Shown: one piece after another, positions 1 through 12,656 of the stretch | Position numbering within the stretch: position 1 is the stretch's first letter | Layout: the number at the start of each line of letters is the position of its first letter | DNA from: Octopus vulgaris | Lineage: Eukaryota | NCBI GenBank assembly: GCA_951406725.2 | Contig: OX597826.1 | Span: 62,372,001-62,436,000 of the forward strand | Length of the DNA: 64,000 nucleotides | Direction of reading: 5' to 3' | Translations under genes and position numbers: made by a program | The notes under the pieces: model-generated | Seen by the model: only the letters and a program-made list of their open reading frames with translations | The model's database searches: none | What the model was told of the DNA's origin: nothing

Positions 1-589
1 TAATTACCAGGGATGATTTTATATTCTTTATATCTTTTGAGAATTTTTGTACTATATGTCTTTTTGGTAAAATTTAGAATATACTCGACGTATCATAAGG
101 GAGAATCTAATAGCACTACAAAAAGAAAAACCAAATTAAGAAAATTAGATATATTGTTAATCGATATTCATATTTAAGCGAAATTGTTAATGAAGTGGGG
201 AAGAAGAGACAGCTAAATATTCAAATTATATTCTTACTTCTCCTTGTTGTGTTATATTACAATAGGCTAGAGAATAATGTTCAGAAATATGGAATACTGA
301 GGAATATGGGGTTTAAAACTTTTGTAGCCATATTTCTCTTCAAATACACATTCTTTGTTTCTATTAATTTTGGGAATAAGAAAGAATAAGGTATAATTAT
401 TTTCCCTGCTATTAAGTTGATATTTGGAACCTAATTTAGCACGATATTTTAAAGATAAATTACAATTTAGATCACTATAAAACAGGAAGTTTGCCTCAAA
501 ACAAAAGGAAGTCTTGATCGGGTTAGTATCGAAAGGGAGAATCGTGGAACTAAGACAGGGAAGTAATATAGGTGAATATCTCAACTACA

Positions 590-1090
590 ATTGAACGTCC
601 TTCTTTGTGCTCCATGTTATTGCTTGATGAGGCTGGGGTCATCCCAGATTTGTGGTCCCAGACACGTCATCATGGGTAGAGCCGAACAGATCCATCAGTG
701 CTCTTCATTGCTGGTGGTCCCATGCCAGCCCTTCTCTATCAGCCAAGGTGACGTTGAGCCCCTGCAGATCTTCTCCATTAACGTCCAGCCATATGGTGCG
801 GGGCTTGCTATGAGGTTTCTTCCAGCAGAGACCTTCTGGATCGATGAAAGTAAAGCTCTGGTAGAATGATCTAGCGGGAGACCGAAGACACATACATACC
901 AGCGCATGCAACGGATAGCTATGAGGCGAGAACCTGCAGGCTGGTGAGTGCGTGTGCGCATTTCTTTGTTGGAAACGTCATGGTGCCAAATGATGTTCTC
1001 AATCGTTCTCAGGGCTCTGCTGTCCAAGCTATTGATCCTCTTCACCAGTTGGATGTAAGTGTGATATTTGATAAAGTCGGCAACAGCCAA
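590..1090 (-). mobile_element. Degraded 3' fragment of an RTE-clade LINE
   Basis: Joined minus frames read LDSRALRTIENIIWHHDVSNKEMRTRTHQ...RCMRWY...WKKPHSKPRTIWLDVNGEDL. This matches the RTE C-terminal pattern (W...VSN.E, RW.GH, R.RGRPR..W.D...DL); frameshifted. Confidence 0.7.
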
Positions 1091-1541
1091 AGTTTGCCTT
1101 TAACACTTTCATACATAAAGTATCAACAGGTTAGCTTCAGTATCACGAACGTATATAACCTTAATATGTATACTTCAATAGGATGCGGTCACAGTTTTTT
1201 TTCTACTGAGTGGAAGCTTCTGCAAGATTATTTCACCATAGTCTCGAGTCAAGAAAAAAAACTCAGGAGAGGGAAACTCAGGACACAAAAATCGTATGCA
1301 AGTCTGTCGAATAAATTTCAAATATAAATCAGAGATCCAGTCTTGTTGTACCATGTGACTCGTTCATTTCTGTCTTGATGATGATTTCAAGGCTATATAC
1401 GTATGAGTGTATGTATGTATTTAGTTATAGAGGGATGGATGGATGTATATAAGCGTGTGTGTATGCATGCGCGCGTGTAATGCTCATTTGCTCGTTGATT
1501 CAATAAACAAGTAGTTCAGCGGAATATGAAACCTCTGTATA

Positions 1542-1586
<45 letters not shown>

Positions 1587-1662
1587 GTAAAGAGGACAAC
1601 AAACATTAAGGCAAGGCAAACATCTCAAGTCGTATACAATATCATTAATGAAAAAATTCAAA

Positions 1663-1722
1663 GTCTTACAGACAGCTGTTTCTGGGATATTCCCGACTAT
1701 GGGATATTCCGTCATCAGAGAC
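1663..1722 (-). ncRNA. Type I hammerhead ribozyme with intact catalytic core, inside a short pLTR-like repeat (~1583-1745)
   Basis: Minus strand: GUCU CUGAUGA [C GGAAUAUCCC AUAGUC GGGAAUAUCC CA] GAA ACAG CUGU CUGU A AGAC. Stem I GUCU/AGAC, stem III ACAG/CUGU, GUA cleavage triplet. Confidence 0.75.
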
Positions 1723-1749
1723 AAATAGGAAAAAAATAGGGAAAAATGA

Positions 1750-4700
1750 GAAGCCAGGAGATCCAGCGAGCCATTACCAACCATCTATGCAAATCACAAG
1801 GACCACTCACCCATTACCAACTTCCCTTACCTCGACATTCCTGTTAAATGTACGTGGCATCAACCCATCAATTATTGCCCAAAAATGGAAGATCCCATAT
1901 ATAGAGAGTTGGCTTGCCGAAATGGCACATTGCTTCCCTTTCTTTATCCTTACCGAGACTCACCTGAACAACACCCATATGGACGCAGAGGTGAAAATAA
2001 AAGATTTCACCATTGTTCGTGCGGGTCGCACAGACCGAAATAAGGGAGGGACAGCCATCTTTATCCATGACCCCTTTTCACTTGATGCCAAGGACACATT
2101 TTCCAATGGCTACTGTGAATCGGTATCACTATACAACAAAGCCAAGGACATAACCATTGTTGGTCTTTACAGGCCTCCCCAGGCACCTCTAAAGTACTTT
2201 GAAGAGTGCCTTAGCAAAGTCAAGTCCTTCCTTCGGAAGTACCACTCCGGAAACATACTAGTGATGGGTGATTTTAACCTCCCTCATGTGAACTGGCCCA
2301 CAAATACTCCGAGGTTAGGCAAGTGCTATACATCAGATAGGGCAGCAGCATAACTGCTCTTTAATCTGATGGATGAGTATTTCCTGACCCAGCTAGTGCT
2401 TGAACCAACGAGACAGAACAAAACGATCTTGGATCTGGTATTCACCAATCACTCTAGCTACGATCACAGCATTTCAGTCGAAAAAAATCTCCTCTCAGAC
2501 CACGACATGTTACTCTGCAATCTTAATTCCCGACATATAAAAACCAAACCAGCCAATCCCACTCCATGGCACCCATTTGACAACATAAACTTCCACAAAG
2601 CGGACTGGGGAACAATCAGAAAGGATCTGTCTTCCATCGACTGGTCTTTTACTCTCAATTCCCCTCATATTGAGACCGCGTGGCAGCAATTTGAAACCAT
2701 TGTCACCTATACATGCTCTAAACACGCTCCCAAGAAATCTACTAACACAAACAGAAACCGGCTCCCTAAAAAAAAAAAAAACACTCATCAGGCGCATCAA
2801 AAGACTCAACAAAAAAATCAACCAATTAAAATATTCCCACACACAACATCCACATTCAACAACAATGAAAAGACTAGAGCTGGAAAAACTTCATCTGCAG
2901 ACTAACATGAAAACCTCCATTGAAAATCAAAGAGCTGTGGAGGAACAATGGGTAATCAAAAACATCAAACAGAACCCAAAAGTGTTCTATTCTTATGCAA
3001 ATAAGCATAGAACCACTGTCTCACCCATTGGGCCATTGGTTGATGATAACAGCATTCCCCAACACGATGCTAAAGAAATGGCAGAAATACTGCAGAAACA
3101 ATACTGCTCTGTCTTCAGTGTTCCCACTGATATTGATGTGAGGGAAACGAACGAAGTTGACTCCCAACACAAAATCGCAGACATAACCTTCACTGCCACC
3201 GACATCGTAGCAGCAATAAATGAGGTCAAACATTACTCTGCTGTAGGCCCTGATAGATTTCCCGCTAGTCTCCTGAAGGAATGTAGATATCAACTTGCAG
3301 TCCCTCTGACCAACCTCTGGAGAAACTCGTTAGACGCCGGTTATATACCGAAACAGTTTCTATCCCAGTCGGTCATCCCGGTTTTCAAACAGGGAAACAG
3401 ATCCCTCGCAGTCAACTATCGCCCAATCTCACTCACCTCCCACATCATTAAAGTGTTTGAAAGAGTGTTAAGATCAAGGATAGCTGACTTCCTGGAGACC
3501 CACAAACTCCTAAATTCAAATCAGCATGGCTTTCGCTGTGGCAGGGACTGTCTAACACAGCTCTTACACCACATTGAAGATGTACTCAAAGCCTTGGGAA
3601 CAGGTTCGAACTCTGACGTCATATATCTTGACTTCAGTAAAGCGTTCGACAGGGTAGACCATAACATCCTACTCTCAAAATTGGCAAATGTTGGAATCTG
3701 TGGAAAAGTTCTACGCAGGATTCAGTATTTCCTGGCGAATAGAACACAACATGTTGTAGTTGATGGAGTCCACTCTAACCCAGCAAAAGTCACCAGCGGT
3801 GTTCCCCAGGGAACTGTTTTGGGTCCGCTACTCTTCATAATTTACGTAAACGACCTTTCCAGTGTCGTACATCACTGCAAAGTGAAAATATTCGCTGATG
3901 ACACTAAGCTCCAGCAAATCGTCAATGAAGAAGCAGACCGAACTCAACTCCAGTCTGATCTATATGCTGTGAGTCAATGGGCAGACAGAAACAAAATGCA
4001 ACTGAATGAGGGAAAATTTGAGCTGATGCATTTTGGAAGAAATTCCTCACTAAAACAACCATACTCTCTTCCTTCAGGGGAACCGCTCACAGCCTCTAAC
4101 AATATCAGAGACCTGGGTGTAATTGTTGATGACGATCTCAGTTGGAGTGCACACATCAACAAGAAGGTCGATATAGCTCGTAGGATGAGTTCCTGGATCT
4201 TAAGAACTTTCCGGTCCAGAGAACAAGGTGTCATCATACCACTTTTTTCCTCCTTTGTACGGCCACACCTTGAATATTGCTGCCCACTGTGGTCTCCTCA
4301 CACAAGACAAAACATCTCCAGAATTGAGTCACCCCAGAGGGCTCTCACTAAACAAATTGAAGGCATGGCTGCTCTCGATTATTGGGATCGCCTTAAAGCC
4401 TTGAAACTTTACTCCCTCCAGCGTCGCCGTGAGCGGTACATCATTTGTACGATGTGGAAAATTTACCGCCAACTTTGCCCAAACGACCTAAACATTAGCT
4501 TCAAGGTTCATCCAAGACTTGGACCACGGGCTATACGTCCCCTGCCAAATTCAAGATCACAACATACACGTACACTGCAAGATAATTTCTTTTCCTCAAC
4601 AGGCCCTGCCCTATTTAACATTGTCCCGAGAGATCAAAGAGGAAAAGGATCCCATCAACTTTAAACAGGGTCTGGATAGATTCCTTCAAAGAATACCAGA

Positions 4701-4913
4701 TAAGCCACCCATAATTGGATACAACTCACCCAACAAGAACTCACTACCTGAACAAAACTGGGTACAACTCACCCAACAAGAACTCACTACTTGAACAAAA
4801 CTTGACTTAAACTGGATTCGAATAATCCTATCAGGTGGTGCTATTAAGTTAGACATGGCCTGGACCAATCTCTGGTCGAAACATATCTAAGTTTTATCTA
4901 AGTTTCTAAGTTT
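1750..4913 (+). mobile_element. CR1-type LINE, near full-length ORF2 (APE endonuclease + reverse transcriptase)
   Basis: APE motifs LNVRG, LTETHL, GGTAIF, YRPP, GDFN, LDLVF, SDH. RT motifs QHGFR, YLDFSKAFD, GVPQGTVLGPLLF, FADD, DLGV. 3' tail of (T)CTAAGTTT-type repeats at ~4885-4913, then (TA)n. Confidence 0.93.
1787..4794 (+). pseudogene. LINE ORF2 split by three lesions
   Basis: ORFs 1787-2353, 2369-2905, 2670-4664 and 4519-4794 join into one protein. Lesions: in-frame TAA at 2351-2353, frameshift in the A14 run at 2768-2781, frameshift near 4630 (continues ...NFKQGLDRFLQRIPDKP). Confidence 0.88.
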
Positions 4914-5036
4914 TATATATATATTAATGAGATTACGACATAGAGGAAGGGAGTAAAAAAATAAGGAGCTGGAAAGAAAGAAGAAAAAAGAAGCATACAA
5001 GTTTATAGATCAACTTAACCGAAATTATAGAAACAA

Positions 5037-5131
5037 TGCAATCCTGCGTAGATCCATGAACGTAGCTCCATGGATCTACGCAGGATTACACCTACGGACG
5101 TACGATCATGGATCTACGCAGGATTGCACCT
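5037..5131. repeat. Compact inverted+direct repeat (23-26 bp unit), possible MITE remnant
   Basis: tgcaatcctgcgtagatccatga (5037-5059) is the reverse complement of catggatctacgcaggatt(a/g)cacct, which occurs at ~5068 and ~5106. Confidence 0.7.
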
Positions 5132-5694
5132 ATATATATATACACACACGTTTATGTGCGTGTGTGTGTGAGAGAGAGAGAGTTCGATAGACACTGTGTA
5201 TCTGTGAGAATGTGTAAGTATGTACATAAATACGTTTTATGCCAAAACACTTCATACTATGGCATCTGTTCCTTCTGTCAGCCAGCACAACTGTTCATTA
5301 TGCAGTGAAATGGGAAAAAGATTGGCAGTGCGGAAGAGTGATATAACGGCCTCACATTGCATTATCAATGACTCATTTCAATGATTCTTTCTAGCAATGG
5401 CTTCGCTCGTGTACACGAAGGCAACCACTATATTTATGTGTGTGTGTGTATGTGTGTGTGTGTGTGCGTGCGTGTGTGTCTATACGTATGCTTGTATGTT
5501 TCCATAATCAGTGTGACAATTGTTTGTTAGTGTGTAACAAAGTATCGACAACCTGCAGTTCTTAACACCACTATCAAATGTTTCTTCTCTGTTAAAGGAC
5601 AGGCAGATCGTTTAATACAGCATAGAATACAAACCAGATCGGTGATATAAAGGAAAATATCACAAAGAAACCATATGGAAGAAAATGTACGTGA

Positions 5695-5744
<50 letters not shown>

Positions 5745-6079
5745 AGTGAGAGACAGAGAGGGGTAGAGAGAGAGAAAATCTTCTTTATGATGGATATGAA
5801 AATTAAACTGAGACAGACAGCTAGATAGATAGATAGATAGATGAGTAGATGGATAAATATATATATACGTTAATACAATATCGAACAGTGAGAATGAGAG
5901 GTCATCACCGCATTGGTGGATAAATATTCTTCATTTGTGGGTCAACCAGGATACCATTGGTTTCATTTTAAGAGAAATTTATGTCTTAACAATTTTGATG
6001 CCCACCGCATGGGACCGTGGTATTATATCCATTTGTGTATAAATATATATATATTTATATATATATATATTGGAAGGTT

Positions 6080-6116
<37 letters not shown>

Positions 6117-6261
6117 AATAAGCTACAAGAATGTTACCGGAGTCAATCTTGTTGCTTATTTTGATTATAATCACCCCACAGATTTTTATGGATAACACCA
6201 AATAGAATTCTGGTGCATCTAAATTAAGTACTATATTCATTTGAATCAAAATTTTCGCTTA

Positions 6262-6320
<59 letters not shown>

Positions 6321-6442
6321 AAAATCAACATTAAAATCTATGTAGAATAAAATCAAGTAACTATCATTTAAAAAATTAATGTAAAAATTAGTATAACTAT
6401 ATAACTTTATAAATATGATTAAACTTTCTGATAAAGTTTAAC

Positions 6443-6503
6443 AATATATTGATCGATTTCGGGTCTAGTGATAAAATACCACTTTACCATCATCACTATG
6501 ACA
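6443..6503 (-). ncRNA. Hammerhead motif, C3G variant
   Basis: UGUCAUA GUGAUGA UGGUAAAGUGGUAUUUUAUCACUAGACCC GAAA UC GAUC AA UA UAUUG. Confidence 0.6.
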
Positions 6504-6781
6504 GAACTAAAAGTACATAATTTTAAATATTTTTACACACCATACAAACACTACGTATCCAAAGTCCAGACATAATGCTCGCACTTATATACAAGTTAAA
6601 AATCTAATTCGCTCAACTCAGTAGTGAATAAATTTGTTTTAAGCGAATTAATATTTATGAATTGAAACCTAACATAAAATCTACATAGGATTTTATCAAG
6701 TAGCCAGCACATAAAAACCAATTAAGGTAAAAATTAATACAAAGTATATAATGTTGTAAATATGATTATAAAATTATAATA

Positions 6782-6837
6782 ATGATGATGGTAAATTGGT
6801 ATTACATCACTAAACCTGAAATAGATCGATATATGAC
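6782..6837 (+). ncRNA. Hammerhead motif truncated at the inversion junction
   Basis: (A)UGAUGA UGGUAAAUUGGUAUUACAUCACUAAACCU GAAA UA GAUC GA UA UAUGAC. The 3' arm UAUGAC complements the 5' arm GUCAUA seen in the sister copies. Confidence 0.6.
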
Positions 6838-7273
6838 TGAACTTTTTCACAATCATTTTTTTTTTGCTTATTCCCTCGCTTTCAGCGTATGTCTATATGA
6901 TAGATAAACTAGTTTAGAGCTATTTGGCGTCTTTTTCTAACATGTGGCATTGCCTGATAGTTTCCCTTATTATAATTTTATAATTATATTTATAAAATAC
7001 TATGCTTTGCATTAATTTTACCTGAATTGGTTCTTACATGCTAGCTATTTGACAAAATGCTATAGAGATATCATCCTTGATTTTAATCAATAAATATGAA
7101 TTCACTTAAACTAAATTTATTAACTGCTGAATTATTTTGACTATTCACACGTGGCTGAAATGAACAAACTAGATTTTAACTTGTTCGTAAGTGTGAACAT
7201 ACATATATACACTGTGGATACAATGTATTCGTATGGTATGAATAAATGTTTATAATTATGTACTTTTGGCTGT

Positions 7274-7335
7274 GTCATACTGACGGTGGTAGAGTGGTAT
7301 TACATCACTACACCTGAAATCGATCGATATATTGT
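7274..7335 (+). ncRNA. Hammerhead motif, A9G variant
   Basis: GUCAUA CUGACGG UGGUAGAGUGGUAUUACAUCACUACACCU GAAA UC GAUC GA UA UAUUG. Palindromic loop 3 (GAUC), AUA triplet. Confidence 0.6.
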
Positions 7336-7508
7336 TAACAAATTTCAGAAAGGTTTTTTTCATTCATTCCCTCGCTTTCAGCGCGTGTCTATGTGATACA
7401 CAATGCAGTTTAGAGCCATTTGGCGTCTTTTTCTGGCATTTGACATTACTTGGTATTTGCCCTTATTATAATTTTATAATTATATTTATAAAATTATATA
7501 CTTTGTGC

Positions 7509-7578
<70 letters not shown>

Positions 7579-7710
7579 GTGTGTGTGTGTATGTATATGT
7601 ATATATATATAGAGAGAGAGAGAAAGAGAGAGAGAGATGGAGAGAGAGATACATACATACAAATATACACATACATATAACGTGTACATATATTTAGATA
7701 GACATAGATA

Positions 7711-7788
<78 letters not shown>

Positions 7789-8093
7789 TGTGTGTGTGTT
7801 TGTTACTGTATAATGATTTAGTTAATGTACATGTGAGTGTAGAGCTAATTAAGCTGTTTTATTACTACCACGATTTCACAGAGGCATCCTGTAGTTATTT
7901 ACGCTAATTACTTACACACATAAATACAATCCCCCCCACGCCTGAAGACATCTAAAGGCAACAAATATTTCTTTAAAAGAAACGAAATACAACTTACAGA
8001 GACAGACAAACATATAAAGTATCACTCATTCACACACACACAACGTAACACACATGTGTATATGATTTCGGTTCTATATATCTATATCTATGT

Positions 8094-8157
<64 letters not shown>

Positions 8158-8523
8158 GCATATACATGTACATACATATATTTTTTGTTTACAGCTGTAA
8201 TATGTCTAATTACGTTGACAAAATCACATTCGGTTTACTAAAATATATAGTAAATTGGTATGCATCCACTCACAAATACATTCGTGCATATATACACAAA
8301 TAGACACATATATGCATATTCGTATATACACATATACACACTCACACGCACCAATAATGACAGCTAAAGATGAAGGGCATAATATATTTAGTTTAAATTA
8401 ATTTGTATTCGAAGCAAGGGGACTTTCATACACAAATTCGCACATATATGCACATACACGCACGCACAGAGACATACACATACACACATATACACTAACA
8501 TGCTCATATATATAATTACATGA

Positions 8524-8561
<38 letters not shown>

Positions 8562-8804
8562 CGGGAGAGAGAGAGAATAAGAGAAAGATACGCACACACA
8601 TCGCATAATTGTGGCGAATGCGTATGAATGGTTACGCATGGACATGCTTTCTGGAATATTCTTACGGCACGAACTAGTCACCAGTTAATATAAAATGCGT
8701 CTGGTCTCTCTCAGACTTGATCCCACATCCACGTAATTGTAGGCGAACACAGGGAGGCCTGCGCAAGTTTTAAAATGCTAAAGTTACCATCCCAATTCAT
8801 ACCG

Positions 8805-9030
8805 ATGCAGAAAGGCCGGTATTCCAGTATCATGGCATGTATATTCCTCATCTAGATGGGAAACCGGTTCGTCGCAGGATTACTCATTCTTTTCAAGCTG
8901 GGTGCAATGGAGCAACGTGAAATGAAGTGTTTTCCTCAAGAACACTACGCGTCGCCCTTTTCAGGAATCGATACCACAACCTTACGATTAATGAGTCCAA
9001 CGCCCTAACCACTAAGTCACGCACCTTCAC
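8805..9030 (-). mobile_element. tRNA-derived SINE (family C), diverged
   Basis: Minus-strand head gaaggtgcgtgacttagtggttaggg...ggtatcgattcc (A/B boxes), then tgttcttgaggaaaacacttcatttcacgttgctcca, which is shared with the 55375 copy. Confidence 0.7.
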
Positions 9031-10789
9031 CATTCAGTCAAAATATCATCTAGGTTTGCCAATGTCCCTTCGTCGCCATTCGAGACCTCATGACATACAC
9101 GACATACACTCTCCAATCCAGATCTTTTTCATGTCTGCAAAGAGTTGCAGCAATTTAAATAATCCTTTGGAAACTAACTAAGGGATATCTGATAGACGAG
9201 AGAGTAGTAAACAAATCGAACACTTAACCCTATCATCTGCCACTCCAGTTCGCCGCGTCAATCTCACCTCACTGTTTCCTTTTCCTGTACCTTAAAACGC
9301 CATAGAAATCCCACAGCCCTAGATTTTTGCGAACAAGAATTTGTCCATCACTCAGAAAGAAGCTCTTCCCGAGATATCAAATAATCGGTTCGTTTTCTCC
9401 TTAGCACATTACAAACTATTAAAGTGCGCGTCACAGCATCCATTTTTCGCACACCTTTCTACATGCTCACATACGCGGTCCCTTGTATACGCCAAAACAA
9501 ATTGTTTCCTACCTGCTCTACTCAGGTATTAAATGAACGTGATATTATGTCACTATAACATGTTTGTTATTATGTCCTCCATTGCGTGTATCGGTTAATG
9601 GCAATGTCTCACCATTTCGTTTTATCAATATCACATAAGCTTTATCACACGTACTCTTTATCACACATTTATGCCAATATCGCCTGGATTACTACCATCA
9701 CTACCTTCCTTTTCCTCTCCGTTCTTTCTATCTTTCTCCCCCCCCACACACACACACTCTCTATCTCTTTCTCTCCCTAACGCATGTAAATACAAAGGCA
9801 CACGTACATACATACCAGCTGTACTCACACACAAATACAACCGTGCTCACACGCCTAATGTTTCAACACATGTCGGGCATTAACGATTGTAGATCCATTA
9901 TTGCATCGACATGATTAATTGCCTCTAGCTGTGATGCATGATTTTAGGTGATGAGTTAATGAAGAAAATCTCCTATCTTATAATATAAAGAGGGGGGGAT
10001 TTTATCATTCACCTTAATAACTTTATTATGAATGTTGTTGATGTTACTTTCGATTACCACTGGCAAACTCAGAGCAAACAGTCTTATGATTAAAAGCATT
10101 TCAGCCACGCTATTCGCCTTTTCAAGGTTATTTAGAAATTATATGATTTAATATGTCCTGTCCTTATATAAGGCTGTTTGGTATGATTTCAGTGAAATTA
10201 TTAAGATGCTACTTCTAGCGGTTTGTACGATCACGTAAGTGCTTTACCGTCAGTTTGTTATTAAGGATGCTTTTAATATAAATGAAATGAAATGGCCCGA
10301 AAAGGAAATTGAACGAGACAGATGGATTTCGTACTCTCCGTATTGACTTGTTTAGTTAATATGACATCAAAGTCTTCAATGAACTCATATGATTGCATAT
10401 AAAATGTATTTACAATGGTGTGACGAGGAATGTAACAGTTATAATTTAACTGAGTCGATTTTGAAAATTGAAGTTAGGTTTTAATTCTACATGTCATTCC
10501 TCTGAAACTCATTTCAGTAGCACTGCATATTTCCTTTCTTCAGAGTAACATTTAGAGGCATGCATGCAGGTATATCAAAATATTTGCTTCGTCGCCCTTG
10601 TGGTATGTAAAAAAATGATAAGGTGTGTTTAAAAATAAATGTACTATACGCAAGTATGTTTTGATACATTTCTCATTTCTAAACCTTTGTATGTATGCGT
10701 GTGTGTGTGTGCACGTGTGTGTGTGTGTGTATACAGACGTATGCATGGTTGACTTTTTCTTTTTTTTTTTAATTAATAGAAGTCTACTA

Positions 10790-11140
10790 TTAAGGAAGGT
10801 GCTGGTTTCTAATAAAGACACGAAGTTCAGTCACTAGAATGTCGATAACTAAAAGAATCCCACATTTTGAACTTGAAAAATCTTTTGCATATTTTTACTG
10901 TTCCGCTTACAAATTCTACTTGTTATGCACGTTTTAGCTGACTGATTTCTTTTACTGAAAATCCTAATTTTTCCAAATCTTTACCTCGGTATTTGTTTAC
11001 CAATCCAATGGTACCAATTGTTATTGTTATAAATGTGAATTTATAATTTGGGTTCAGAGGCTTCAAGTATGAAACAGTTGTCCATGGCGATCTTAATTTT
11101 TTTATTCTTTTTATATTTTCGAAGTGATATATATGCAAAT
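10790..11140 (-). mobile_element. 3' end of an RLE-type non-LTR retrotransposon
   Basis: PNYKFTFITITIGTIGLV...LEKLGFS...VSGTVKICKRFFKF, followed by a short 3'UTR and an A-rich tail. Same C-terminal pattern as 29435-29600. Confidence 0.6.
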
Positions 11141-12279
11141 ATTATGAAATGTACTTTTCAATAAATTGAAAAAATAATCAACAATGTGGAAGGATTGAGT
11201 AAATTAAGCTGATATTTGGAATATAACGAATTGGGTTTTATAAGATTATTGTAGAAACTTTTAATTTAAATTTAAAATGTGCATTTTTCTATGAACAAGA
11301 GGAATCTTGGTATTAAAAGAGTTAAGTTGTTTTATTGATTACAGAAACAACTTTAAATTATTAGGAAAAAAACAATCAATACCTGAAACATTTATGACAA
11401 ACCGCTTACTAACAGTAAATTTATTTCTGTACTATGTTGTATTGAATTGAATTTAATAAGTGCTATTGCAATCAATTAGAAAAAGGTGAGGTGAATTTAC
11501 ATTTGCATGTTCTTCAAGTGACTTATTTAAAGAGCACTTGTGAAATATCTTTAATACATAGACATTTGAAGCCTGTTTATTAAAATTTCATTAATCAATG
11601 GGAAAGTAGAGAATACACATTTCACTTTGTGCGGTAGACCAAGCAGCTTAATAATGTGAAGTTCCTTAGAAGATCAGTTTGACGAATGTCGACAATTCGT
11701 TATAATTTGTGATCTATCTTTTGTCCCCAGAGAGTTATTTCCTTCTGCGAAGTTTGGTCATATATGAATGTGATTCTAAAAAAAAAACATTAATTCTGCA
11801 TAACCTTTCAAACCAGTATCGAATTCCGTTTTGTCTCTACTTAATTTTAAAAAAAAAATTATTTATTTGTTTCTTAACTTGAAAGTCAAACGACAAAGGT
11901 GACATCCCTGAAAGTCTTAAACGTCCTCCAAAACAGAAAAGAATAAAGAACGAATTTAGCTTTAAATCACGGAAATGGTTTGCAAAAGTGTAGTTATAAC
12001 AAGTGGCACCGAAGCTTCATGCGAAAGTGTTAAACCAGGTAGTTGAGAAAAGATTACCTCATGTGCTCGGTAAATATTTGTTGCATAATTCTGTGCGTTG
12101 TGAGAAGAGGTAAAACCCAACTCCAGAGTAATTTCGGGGATTGTGAAATGAACTTCAGTAGAGACGTACATGGTTTCCTATTTCAATCTTAAACACATGT
12201 TCACGAATTAACGACGAGTTGTTAAGGTCTCAATTAGGTTACTCTCTAAGATGCTAAACTAATTTGTCACTACTATATA

Positions 12280-12656
12280 CACTACCGTCAGAAATTAATT
12301 AGCACCCTTGATTTGCTCTTCACTCAAGGTATGTGCTGTCACCTAGTGGCCATATCTCGAACTATTGCTTTGTTGCGAGTTCACTGTTGCGCAGAACGAT
12401 GACGTAACTTTGTTTGCAGAGCAGTTTGAGAGTCTACAGCCTTATGATGTTGACATAGCAGTGCAACAAATTGGAGTGCGGATGCAGACAAATCTTCCTT
12501 TGTTTAATAGATATAGGTAGCGCCTCGCAAGGACCGAAATCACACCATACTAAGTTTTCTCATCGCGTAAGACGTTTTTAACAGCTCATAGGTTAATTGA
12601 TTTAACCTATTTAATGTAGAAATTTGAGAAGTGCTAATTAATTTCTGAGGCAAGTG
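12280..12656. mobile_element. Tc1-like non-autonomous element (MITE) with ~26-bp TIRs and TA target sites
   Basis: ta|cactaccgtcagaaattaattagcac ... gtgctaattaatttctgaggcaagtg|ta. Confidence 0.8.

Larger units (their letters stand above)
6320..7508. mobile_element. Non-coding tandem+inverted repeat element (498-bp unit) with three hammerhead motifs; PLE pLTR / retrozyme-like
   Basis: 6783-7010 repeats at 7281-7508 (GAAA at 6818 vs 7316). 6423-6782 is an inverted copy of ~6966-7353, and 6320-6420 repeats ~6665-6767. Both ends abut (TA)n. Confidence 0.8.

Noticed and set aside
5870-6035. Minus-strand GTGATGA and GAAACCAATGGTA fragments in a (TA)n-flanked island
   Set aside because: The parts are in the wrong order and cannot be assembled into one HHR.
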